In this document: one piece after another, positions 50,509-62,083 of the stretch
How positions within the stretch are numbered: position 1 is the first letter of the stretch
Layout: each line of letters opens with the position of its first letter
Assembly (NCBI GenBank): GCA_965637545.1
Contig: OZ281501.1
Span: 3,472,001-3,536,000 of the forward strand
Reading direction: 5' to 3'
Length of the DNA stretch: 64,000 nucleotides
Origin: Phallusia mammillata
Lineage: Eukaryota
Notes under the pieces: generated by a model
What the model saw: only the letters and a program-made list of their open reading frames with translations
What the model was told of the DNA's origin: nothing
Databases searched by the model: none
Position numbers and translations under genes: made by a program

Positions 50509-51305
50509 GTTTAAATGTTCAACTAATAAACTGAATGTTATAAATTTTGTGTTAAAGGTCAAGTGGTAACCATGGAGACAAAACATCAAGGTCACTGCCG
50601 TGTGCCAGTAAGGAGAAGAGAACGCGCATTTTGAAGACACAGCCAGCTACATATTCAATTTACAGGCGATGAAAATCATTCGAATGCTGTTAATGGTTTG
50701 AAATTACCATCAAGCTTAAAGACTCGCACAGACTACCAAATGGGCAATAGAATGCCAAATGGGCCACTGTATTCATTTTCCTTTCGAGTTCAACCAATAG
50801 GAACACCAACACACACTTTTTTTGTCAACAACCGTCGGCCTTTTGCTGTATTCTGTACCTCCAGCGCCACCACAAAAGCTACTGATTTTTATTTGCAAGA
50901 AAAAAACGTAAAAAAAATCTATTAAACTGAAAATGTGCTGAACATTTTTCATCATAGAGATCAGAAAGGTCATTTCTCCTCACGAAAATCCATCACATAG
51001 AAAACATTTGCTTTGGGATCTTTGAGATAAATTCGATCAGTTTGGGCTGTTTCTGTCGGATATTACTAAACTTAAAGTACAATCAACTCATATGGTGAAA
51101 TAACGATCATGTAGAAATCACGATAAACAATGAATACGCTAATAAAAAACGACTTTTTTCCTTTTTATACACATCTTAAGTCAATTATTTGATCAAACAA
51201 AAAAAAATTAAAAACACACTAAAGTTTAACAGTATTTACAACAACATACAATCTAAACACAGTGTTTTGTGGTGTAATATATGTTTAAAAGTCAAAAACT
51301 CATTT

Positions 51306-54300
51306 TTATCGTCGAATCATTTTCCCTGCGTCGTTTTGATTCCATGTTGTTCTTGGCTTAAGTCTTGTAGTGCGGAATGGTGTTGGAGAGTAAAGGTCGT
51401 TTACATTCAGTTTTTCAACTTCTTCGATCATAAATCGGGTCTAAGATTACATATATTGGCTTTATGACTTTTAAATGCAGCCAACGAAATTTATTTTTTG
51501 TGAGCGTGCCTTTTTACCGACAGTGTTTCAAAAACCAAAAAAGAAACACATTTTAAGAACATTTATTAAACAAACCATGGCTTTCGACTTTTTTGCGTGT
51601 CGTTTTAGCAACATTTACCGCATTAAATTAAAAACACGGGTAGGCCAAATCCAGAAAAATATGATCAACGAGTGACCTTTTCTCTGTTAAATGACATCAA
51701 AATGCTGAACAAATTTTTGGTAAAAGTCAAATGTATACCTTTGTGTTTAGTGTTTTGTGTTTTTGTACGCAACTCAAAATAAAAATTTTATGTCAGAAAT
51801 CAATCGCAAAAATGTGTTGTTTTAATTATGTCAATAACCATCTGCAAAACTGTGAATTAAAATTTGTCAATGTTTCAGTTAAGATGAACATCAATCCATA
51901 ACTGGGATCAGCCGATGCGTCTATGCAGTGGGTCAATGTTTCAGCACTTAGTCATTCAATTTGCTAAAAATGTTGCAAATCAACAAAACCATGTACTTAC
52001 AAAGACATAGAACATAGAGAGGCCGTTGCTTAACGCTTGTACGTTCTGAATGTCGAAGGGTTCAATCATGTATTTAGCCTGATTGGCTTGCTCAAATGTA
52101 ATGTTCCTTGGGTCAATATCCATGATTTGTCTGCGAATACTTTCACGACCTGTGCGACCCATCAGTGCCTGAATGTCAGTCCATTCCTGAAAAAAAATAT
52201 GTAGATGATTTTTGCAACTGGAACAAACTAGTATTTGCCTAGTATAGCTAACAGAACATGTAGTTTCAGAGTTGTACGTCAGGCCGCTTTTTTTGTTGGG
52301 CTTGGGTTTGGGTTTCCGCCGGGTTAGAACCTAGGTTTAACTGTCCACCTAATATTTAACTTTGCTACATTTGCCCTGTAATTTCACCTTCTTTGTACGA
52401 TTGTACATGCGCATAGGGTGTGCATTAATTTGTTGCAAACAGCCGTATATTCCATAGGCATAGATCATATTGGTACGCCTGTCCACAGAATTAGTTATGT
52501 TGGTAAAACAAGCTTTTGTGCCTAATTCAGACTTTAAAAAGGTATAGAGATTTGGACCAGGTTTCGGACTTCTGGTTCGTTACATGTGGACTAAAAGTTA
52601 GACCCCATTATTACAACTCGTGGTTTTGGTCTGATGTCATTTTCAACACTAACAAGGGTTTAATTTCTTTTCGCTACACAAGATGCAGATACGTGCAGTT
52701 GCTTTAAGTTAGACAATCTGAAATTACTAACCTCTAAATCATAAGCCTTGTATCCAAGTATTAGGTAAACTGCCGTCATTACTTCATGTACGCCTGCTGG
52801 TGGGCTACCATAGCTTCGGATCTCAGAGACTTCACTTTGTTTCAAGTTAAGCACATTTGTGCGGGCCTGCAAACCAAAAATTTCTCCCCGTATGAATTAG
52901 TTGTTCCGTGACTATCTTCGTCTCACATGCACAATTTGCGATCACATGCACAATTATATTAATGTAACAATAAATATTAAACATTTTCAGTCTGACCGAC
53001 TTTCGGACGAAAAAAAATAATGTTACGCTACAACAATTCAAATGAGAATTAATGATTTTCATTAGAACAAAACTTTTTTGAAATGGTATTGTGAAGATCA
53101 CATTAAAAATTGCCCATATTTTTCAATTTTTTGGTGTTTGTATTAAAGTTACGTGTCAGAACATTAAAATGAGGTTTGAAATTTTAAACTTATACGCATA
53201 CTGTAAAACATTTTTTGTCCACAGTTAAGCAAGATAAAACATTTAGCAATTAATGTGCATTCAATGTAGGCAATTATATAAATTTATTGGTTTTCGGTGT
53301 ACGTATTTAAATTAAGCAAACTGTATAAATAACAACAAACAAAGGCAGCAATAACAATTATAATAAATTACGGTGCGAACAAATTACTGTCCCCACCTCT
53401 TCGACCATGTCCAATTCCGCCTTCATCCTTTTAGCTCTCTTTACCTCAACCGGGAGGTCAAACTCATAACCCCGGTCACGCACGACATCTAGTGTACGTG
53501 TTACCAGATCGTAATCGCGATTCAAAACGGACTGTTCCAAATCTGACGCAAAAACGCAAAGTAAGTGACGTCATCGATTTGTGACGTCATTGATATGCGA
53601 CGTCATCGTTCTGTGACGTCATCACACACGGGTACTTACCCCCCTTGCACCGATATACGTCCAGCATACGATCGATGGTGGCCTGATCGTAACCTTTCAG
53701 ACTCTTCAGCTCAATGACGATTTTTTCCACCGCCTCCATATTGTTTTTGTCAATTGCCAATTTCAATCTTTCCATTAGACTCTGCAAATAAGTTTACGCG
53801 TATCACAGAAAGTTTAAAGGTATCAGATAAGATGAACATGAATATTAAACCGGGATCAGCCCTTGATGAAGCGTCAGACCAGCGACCACGGTACACTCAT
53901 ATGTAAATTATAGTACGCCAGGCCTATTAAAGGCGTTGTACCTAATCTAGCCGGCCTTCCATGCATTTTCACTATAGATTACTGAATAAATGTTTACTTT
54001 TTTTCTATATTTTTTTAGCATTTCACGAATATAGTCAGCAAGTTGTGTAATACGGTTTTATACTGCGTTGACTTAAAACTGCCGAACAATCTTACTTCTA
54101 TTTTCCTCAGATCTTGAAGCATAACTTCGGCACTTTGCAATTCAACCGACAAATCGTTGGTAAAGTTTCGCTTTTTTACTTCAAAAATCGAACGTTCCAA
54201 ATAACGAATGTTACGACGTTCCTCAGAATAGCTTAAACCTACAAAATGTAAGCGGAAAAGTAATTAGGTGGGGCAGATCTATCACGTTAAACGCTGTTTG

Positions 54301-57300
54301 AAATGTACATGAACAATGACACCAGAGTTGCAAGCGGGGCTGAAACTGGAAACCTGACCAGAAAGTACAAGTCCGAGATCCGGCATGACTTACAACTATG
54401 ATATGCACAACACATCTAAAACAACATTTAAGTTTCCCAAGTAAACGTTAAAGTAAGAAATTATTTTTGTGATGATTTCAAAAATATTTTATTTGAAAAT
54501 GACTCATCACGGGACTATTACTTTAAGTGCGGAAACTTTGGATGTTTGTGTTTATTCATTGTAACTTAACGAAATTTTCGGATTTTCGCGCACATTGTGT
54601 TTTTGTAGCCGTTATGAAAAATCAGTCGAACGTCAAACCGGGCTTTCAGGCTTATTTTGAATAAACGGGCTTGATTCGGTCCTGACTTATAACTCGGCAC
54701 CATTTTTGCCGCAATTTCGCCACCTTTCGTGCATAATTTTGGCTTTGTTAAAAAATGGTTTTGGATTTGGTCTTGTACTTTTGGGTTCGGGGCCTAATTT
54801 CGGGCCTGCTTATAACTTTGCGTTACCATATCACACTGAAAAAAAGCAAAATCTTATCACCAAAAATGATTTTTGCAACCAATCCTAACCCACCGTCTTT
54901 GCATTGATGTAAACTCAACAGACGTTCTCCCCTTATAACATCACCGTCTGTATCAACAAGATTCAAGTCGTGGAATTTGTCCAGGGCCATTGCAACTCCA
55001 GTGACGTCATCTTTCGTTAGAGCGATTCGAAGTTGTTTGCGTACAAGGGTTTCATCGCTGGCTGGGTTTTCATGTCTAAAAACACATTGTTTTTACTAAA
55101 AAGGTAAATGCTTACTTATACAGTTAAACACAACTACAGTTGGGCAAAAAACGCAATGAAAAATGTACAATGAAAATATGATCAAAACACATGTGATCAC
55201 GATAATTTTGCTTTCTGCTACTGGACGATATGAGCACATTCGCGCAATAAAATTTATTGTGCAAGGCACTGATTGTATTGGTTAACTTTGTTTTTAAACC
55301 TAGCATGTTCCCTTTGGTATAACGTGACCCCCTAAAGATTAAAAAAGCCTAAAATGTATCAATTTTTCGTTTTTCTTCTTTTGCAGTTATGAGTCCGGGT
55401 TATGGGAAAATATGGCACTTTAAAGTTATTAACTTGAAATACTTTTTTGACTATTTTCTGGGGCGAAATTATATGCTAAAAATTGTTAAAACTAAGATCG
55501 AAATAAAGACGCAAGTTAAAACTAGGAGTTTTGATACCAATCATTAATTTTTTCGACGCTGTCCATCAAAATAAGAAAACATCCTAGAAATATTGATGAT
55601 ATTGCAGTCATATTCATAAGCAACAGTGAATTTAATGTCTGAATCAAGAAGGTTTAATTGCTAAAAACATATTTGAACCTCATACCCTTTGATAAGAACC
55701 TCATCCATTTCTTTCCTCTCGTCTTTCTAAAAACAAAAAGTTATTTCACAGTTACACAATACATTTGCCACACCCCCAAAAATGTATACCTTAGCCGCGC
55801 CCACCAAATTCTCGCGTCGTGTGAACCAATAGTAAGCGAGCGCGATTATGATGCCACAAACGAATATGAGACAAGCGAAAACAATGCCAGCAATCTCTCC
55901 ATCACTGAGGCCACGTGCTGGTATTACTGCTACTGTAGTATCAGTTGAGTTAGGACTTGTTGTTGTAGCTTCAGTGGTTGTCGCCTGAACAGTTGTGGTA
56001 GGAGCTTTGGAAAAAATAACATTTGGTCAATGGAAATTCTATTACAAACTAAAGTAAAAACCCCCATCAGACTAAGTTTGATAAATACCAATGGATGGCG
56101 CGAAGAGCATTTGTGAAAATTTAAAAGCAAATTGTGTGAAAATGCAGACGGTTAGGGTTGGAGTGAGGCATTAGAAAATAATAACAATAAAACCAAATTA
56201 TAAATTTAGTCCCTAATGTTAAATTTATCAGTCTCAGTGTTTATTCAAATATTTGTCCCCTTTACGCCATCTACTGGTGCTTAGCAAACTTTGTTTTTTC
56301 TTATGTAGCTTATGATCTAGGGATGTTCAACTTTTCGAAATTCCACGACTGCATCACAACTTGTGATTTCTATTATCTTACGTGTATATCCGATCTGGAC
56401 AACAAATGCTGCAGTACCAGCTGAAGTTCCTTCCACTGAAAAGTAGACGTTTGTATCAGCTTGTGTGATGTTCAGCATAAACGTTGTAGTCGCACCAGGA
56501 GCTGTTACCGTGAATCTGTACAAAAACGTTGTCATGTGAAAAACAATACTAATATTTTAAACCAACATATACATTTTAGCTTAATACTAGGCTAGTCTAT
56601 GCCTTGCCATATTGAAATGCTTAATGACCGACTGATTCGGTATGGCGTCTTCAATAGGTCTGGCGTACTATGATTTAAATAAGATACTAATGATGCTGTT
56701 AAAGCAAAATACATACACATAGCCTATGTACGTACAGCCCATACCTACATGCAGCCTCGGTTGATCCGGCCAAAATAATTGTCCGGAATAGGCGAAGAAC
56801 CGGATTAACCGATTTTGATTAGTCAATGCCTTACTATCACATTACAAATTATTTGCACTTAGGCGAAGATGCGGATTAATCGAAACCGGTTTAACCGAAG
56901 TTTACTGTGTATCAATCTTATTGACGACTGAGGTAATGCTATATTTGACCTTAAATCTACATGTGAAAGAAATTAAAGCTGTTGTTTTCACTTGGACGTA
57001 CAGAAAATCGTGCAGAGCCGAAGTTGGCGTTTCCACTGTGGTTGAAAAGTAACAATTTGCAGTCCCGGATGTTGTGAAGAAGCTGACCGAAGTGGGAATC
57101 GATAAAACGACTTCGAACGTCTGAGACTGTCCCTGAGAGAGGTTTCCTTGTATTGAGATGTTGGTGCTAACGGTTACTTGCACTGCAATAGAAGGTTTGT
57201 TTTGTGTAGATTTAAGTGGTAAACTGGATATTGAAAAATGCAAGCATATAACACAAGGTTGGTGCTTTGGAAAATCGAATTTTTATGTAACGACTCTGCT

Positions 57301-60300
57301 CAGAAGATCAACAACCGTAATTTAGTGTTAAAAACATATCCCTAACCTCATATCCTGCAAGTAGACAATATGCCTAAAAAGCTTTTGGTGAAAAAATATA
57401 ACATAATCTTTATGTTACTACATCCCTTTAACCAATCTTTTGTTGTTGTTTAAAAAAAAAAAAAACTATCAAACTTTTTGGTGATAAACCAAAAGCAGTA
57501 TCTAGACTAGACAAAAACTAAGTTTCTACATAAACTAAGCTTAGTTTGGTCAAAAGGAAAAAAAAACTTATGTCTAACTTTTGTCAAAAGCATAAAACTT
57601 ACAAAGAATATGAAAACTCGACACGACTTGTAAAGCGGCTATTGTTCAGCCTTTTTGCAACGAATTAAACCCTTACCTTCACAAATGGATTCTTTCAAGG
57701 TGGTGATTATTGCGGATAAAGCGGCGGCATTTGCCACAAGAATAGCATGAGTTGTTGAGTTGTAGGTCGCTAGATTACTTAGTTCGCTCTGATCAAATAA
57801 GAAAACGGTTTAGAAACTGAAAAATTGTTGCTACAAACGATGCCTTGTTACCTGGTTAATTTTGTTGGTGTATCCGACAGCAATGACGTCAGTTTGGGCC
57901 GCTGCAGCAAGCATAAGAGGAATTGCGGTTGAATCTTCGCTGGATTGTTGCGTAATAATAACTATTAACTGCAAACAAACATACAGGCTAACGAGATTGC
58001 ATTTTTAAGTTGCTTTGAACGCTACTTTCTATACAGAAATGATTTTATTTGTACATTCTCAATCGTATCGATTCCCGTATTACTGAAGGTAAATGTGTAA
58101 TGCGACCTCTATATAATGTGACATTTACATAAAACTTCTAGAAGTTGGTGTATTATAATAAACTGACTTGTTATTTTATGTATTTAATGAGAGGTGTTAT
58201 TGTCATAACGATAAAATCATGAAGGTTAACTAACTACTTCTCAGTGTTTTTTTGCCATTTGTGTGACCTTTTAAGCTATTGGTTCCCAACATCTTTGGAC
58301 GAATTCCTTTCTTAACAATTTAAAACATTTTCATTCCTCCCTAATGTGCTACGTAGTAGATGGTAAACAACACAAAGATCATTTAAAATTGGATATTTTT
58401 CAACTTCACGTGTCATAATCCCAAAGCTTAAGTGTCTTTTTACAAATCACATGGATAAATTAAGATAAATTCCTCCCCTCAAGATTTAATTTTCGGAGGA
58501 ATTCATCCCGGTTGGAAACCACTGTTTTAAGTAATATTATTGCTAACCTTTCCCACGCCTTGCTCAGGTCCTCGATCCGTCGAAAACATCGCAAGTGAAT
58601 GAGTGATTGCAATCCCAGTCAATACCGAGGCAGAAGCTTGTTTCGTTAAACCATCAACAACGGACGAAACAACTGTAGTGTTTCCGCCTGAAGTTAACTC
58701 CAGTACCCTCTGCAAGACAACCGGAAGTATGACGCATGTTAATGACGTAACGCATGACGTCATAGCAAACCTCTTGGATTCCGGAGAATTGAAGAATGCC
58801 AAATCGCGTTTGGTCGTTGCTGATGTCAAAAAACGAAATGACGTCACGTATTGTCGATTTTACTTGAGCGAAATCGGCGTCGCTTATAACGGATGAGCTG
58901 TCCACCATAAATACGACGTCACGTTGGCTGTACGGACATGCTACAGTATATAACATAATATTATTAATTGGTGATTGAAGGAATTGAGGGGATATAGTAA
59001 AACAAATGTAACTCACTGGTGGGTAATTCGTTGACCAAGGCAGTGAAATTTGCTAGGGTTATAGGAGGTGATTCAGAATAGAAATAAAAACCCCAAACAT
59101 CAAACTAAAAAGTGCACAACATATATAATAGTTACCTTAAAAAGGCAAAGATACCTTTAAAAGTGTAGTTTAGGTTTCAGTTTTCTATGTTAATCTTTCA
59201 AAAACAAATATAACAGTGATATTAAAACGCATACTTAGATTTTGTTTAGCTGTATGGACATGACAACTTTTCAAAACCATCTGTTCTACATTTGTCTTGA
59301 TAAACCGATCTCAGCTTGCTGTTAAAAGCTTGTAAAATTAGACACCTTTGCTGAACATGCTCGTTCAGAAAGCTACGTTGTCAATGTACAATACGAGTTA
59401 GATTTGGTAGGCAATGTCTTTTCATGCGACGTGCATAGGCCAAGTAATGAAACAACAATCCAAATATAGTTAATCAGTCAAAATTATTACCTGCTGCGAA
59501 ACACTGTCACTAATTACGGTGCTTTGAGATTCCCCGTATGCGAGAAGAAGTCTTGCAGCAAGTGCCGAATACAAAGGTATATTTAAATCTGTGTACACCA
59601 CATTGGCCCAGTTGATTGCAAATGCAGTTTGGATTTCATCATAAAAGGAAGAAACGTTGAATGTTTCGGCGTTAATTTGGTCGAAGTTGCCTTCATCAAT
59701 CTGCAGAAAACATGTACTGGCTGAGAATAGGCTTTGACAGCGGGATTGCAAAAACCTAAGGGAAGAAATTTACTTTGATTTGTACGTGCGGTTTGTAAAT
59801 ATAGACTGTAGCTCTGAAAAAAAAATAACCAGTGAATTGGTAAAACGCCAAAGTGATCTTTTTGTGTGCATCTATTATGTAGTCTATTTGGAAGGAATTA
59901 CAATGTTTTGAATTGTGAAGTTAGAAATTCATCGACCATCTTAAATTTCACCTTCCATATTCCACCATCTCCAAGCGTTTCGCCGTCTCTTGTTTCTACA
60001 TAAGCTAGACGTCGAAGCATTTCATGATCAGGTGGAAAAATGGCTAAAAGAAAAAAGCTGTTATCACGTTTTTGTTATAAACGCTATTAAGTTTAAAATC
60101 ATCAACAGAAAGTTTGCAGCCATTTTCTAGGTTTCAGCAATTGCTATTGGTAACATTTTTGAAAATTAACGTATCTTTCTTATTGTTGCTAAGTATTATT
60201 TGAACCAAAATCACTTTGCATTTATTATGGCAGAAATGTTGGGCGAAAAAAATATACGCGGCAAGTGCATGGCATATCCCAGACCAGAGTGGTTCAAGAC

Positions 60301-60759
60301 TGGGAGGTTGGCAAGCATTTGTGGCCGAAAAAGGAGAAAAGCTCCTGTATTAAAGGCTGAATTTGCTGTTTTTATCGACATGTTTTAAGGCCCAAATGTT
60401 ATTTAAAAAATCAGCGCGTTTATATGGTCAAAAAGCGCGAAAAATATATTGTTATTTTTAGGGATCAGTCACCTGTTTTCAGCAGGCAGAAATTGTTTGC
60501 GGCCCGCGGACCAGGGTTTTGACCACCCTGTAGTTTTACCTAGGAAACTTATTCTTTGCTTCCAATTCTACCTTGCAACTTATTCTTTTGTCAGATGTAT
60601 GCTTGTACAACTATCTTTAAACTTACCAGCATCTTGAATGAGTTCAACGCATCGTACAACAACGGATTTTCCAAAGGCATTCGGCTGTAAGGTTAAATCC
60701 GTTTGTGAGGCAACAGAGCTAATAAAAAACAATAGAGACAGAACAGGCCACACTACCAT
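51306..60759 (-). CDS. Type I membrane protein, ~907 aa: signal peptide, lysozyme-like domain, VWA, beta-sandwich, Thr-rich stalk, TM, helical repeats, dynein-stalk/MTBD-like domain
   Basis: 19 phase-consistent exons totalling 2724 nt: 60759-60627, 60043-59952, 59700-59491, 59104-59017, 58940-58771, 58709-58548, 57968-57852, 57788-57677, 57182-57002, 56515-56382, 56004-55790, 55726-55686, 55075-54894, 54238-54096, 53781-53640, 53542-53397, 52866-52732, 52186-52001, 51440-51306. Signal MVVWPVLSLLFFISSVAS; VWA RDVVFMVDSS..TRFGILQFS; TM IAGIVFACLIFVCGIIIALAYYWF followed by TRR. Confidence 0.75.
58277..58524. mobile_element. Degenerate hAT-type MITE, 248 bp
   Basis: TATTGGTTCCCAAC ... GTTGGAAACCACTG. 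TSD TTTTAAGC / TTTTAAGT (7 of 8 match). Confidence 0.7.
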
Positions 60760-62083
60760 CCCTATTGTCTTGTTGTTTTCTTTGAACTTGCTACTCAAGG
60801 CAAAGGGTATTCAATTCTGTGTCTGTAAAAGCAAATATTTCAGTTGCTATACGCATAAATACAAGTTATTATCTGTTACAAAAGTTATCTTATAATAATT
60901 AACTTGTACAAAACTCATCTTATATGACACAGATGCTAAGCAGTAGGCTACTTTCATACTTTTTGGTACTGTTAAATTACATTTTCCCAGCGATGTATGC
61001 CTTGCCTAACTATAAATCCAAACTGAACACTATTTTATTAGAATTCTGGTCGCAACAGCGGGGCAACCATTCATTGACCGTTAATCCAAAATTACAGGTC
61101 TTGGTTAGCAACTGAATAGCAAATTTAGGTCCAAACAAGACACAATTCCTATTCTATGCTTACAGAAAATTGTCCCTTTTCACGCGAGGACACTGTACGT
61201 AATCATGCTATCCGTTTTCTATGCCAAGCTATTGATCCACAATGAAATTTGATCGCGAGAAATTTATTTATGTGACAATGTTGCGACAGCAAGGCTAAAC
61301 AGTCAACTGGTCAGCGTGTACTCCGGTCAAAGAATGACTACTTCTTTTCTTACCAGTCAAGCTATGTTTACAGTGCTGACAGTAAAAATTACTCGATGTT
61401 TGGATTCATAGCTGTTAAAATCTTGCAGGCCATAAAATTTTCTAATCTGTAACTGTCCTTACAGACCAACTGGTGTAGGCTACTTGAGTTTAAAGACAAA
61501 CAACTTGGATTTTCAAAAGTACTGTCCCATATTAACTCCCAACCAATGCAACCTAAAAAACACAAACAACTGGCCAACTGCTTTTTTACAAAACATTATC
61601 GCTTGACTTGATCCAATATTCAGGTTCGAGTATAATGTTTAAATCTGAAACAAGGCTTTTGTTATATCACCTGCTCTTATCTGTAATTCTAAAGGAGCAA
61701 GTATAGGTTTGTTTTTAAATTACAAAACTTCTTTGAAGCTGTGCGTGAGAGCGCTTCTTTGTTGTACAGAAGTGTGGAACAAAACATGACGAAACAATTC
61801 TAGAACGAATAAAAAGTGATTGTTCCCAAACAATGGATAACAACCAAACGATTCTTAAAGCAGCATTTTGTTCTCTGTTTCACTTTAAATCCTGCATTAT
61901 TTTTTCCCCGTTTTGATAAACAAATAATTCAAACCAATAAACAAACTTTATTGTAATTATTCTCTCAAGCTTAGAATGACGTCATCGTCAAATTATGACG
62001 TCATTCCATCGCAGGGTTGACTTTGAGACAAGCTTCAACCCCAGACGAGTATATTTTTGGCCAAAAGACGATTGGACCCTTTA

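Noticed and set aside
60285-60530. Possible MITE (CAGAGTGGTTCAAG ... TTGACCACCCTG)
   Set aside because: The TIRs are imperfect and the flanks show no 8-bp TSD.
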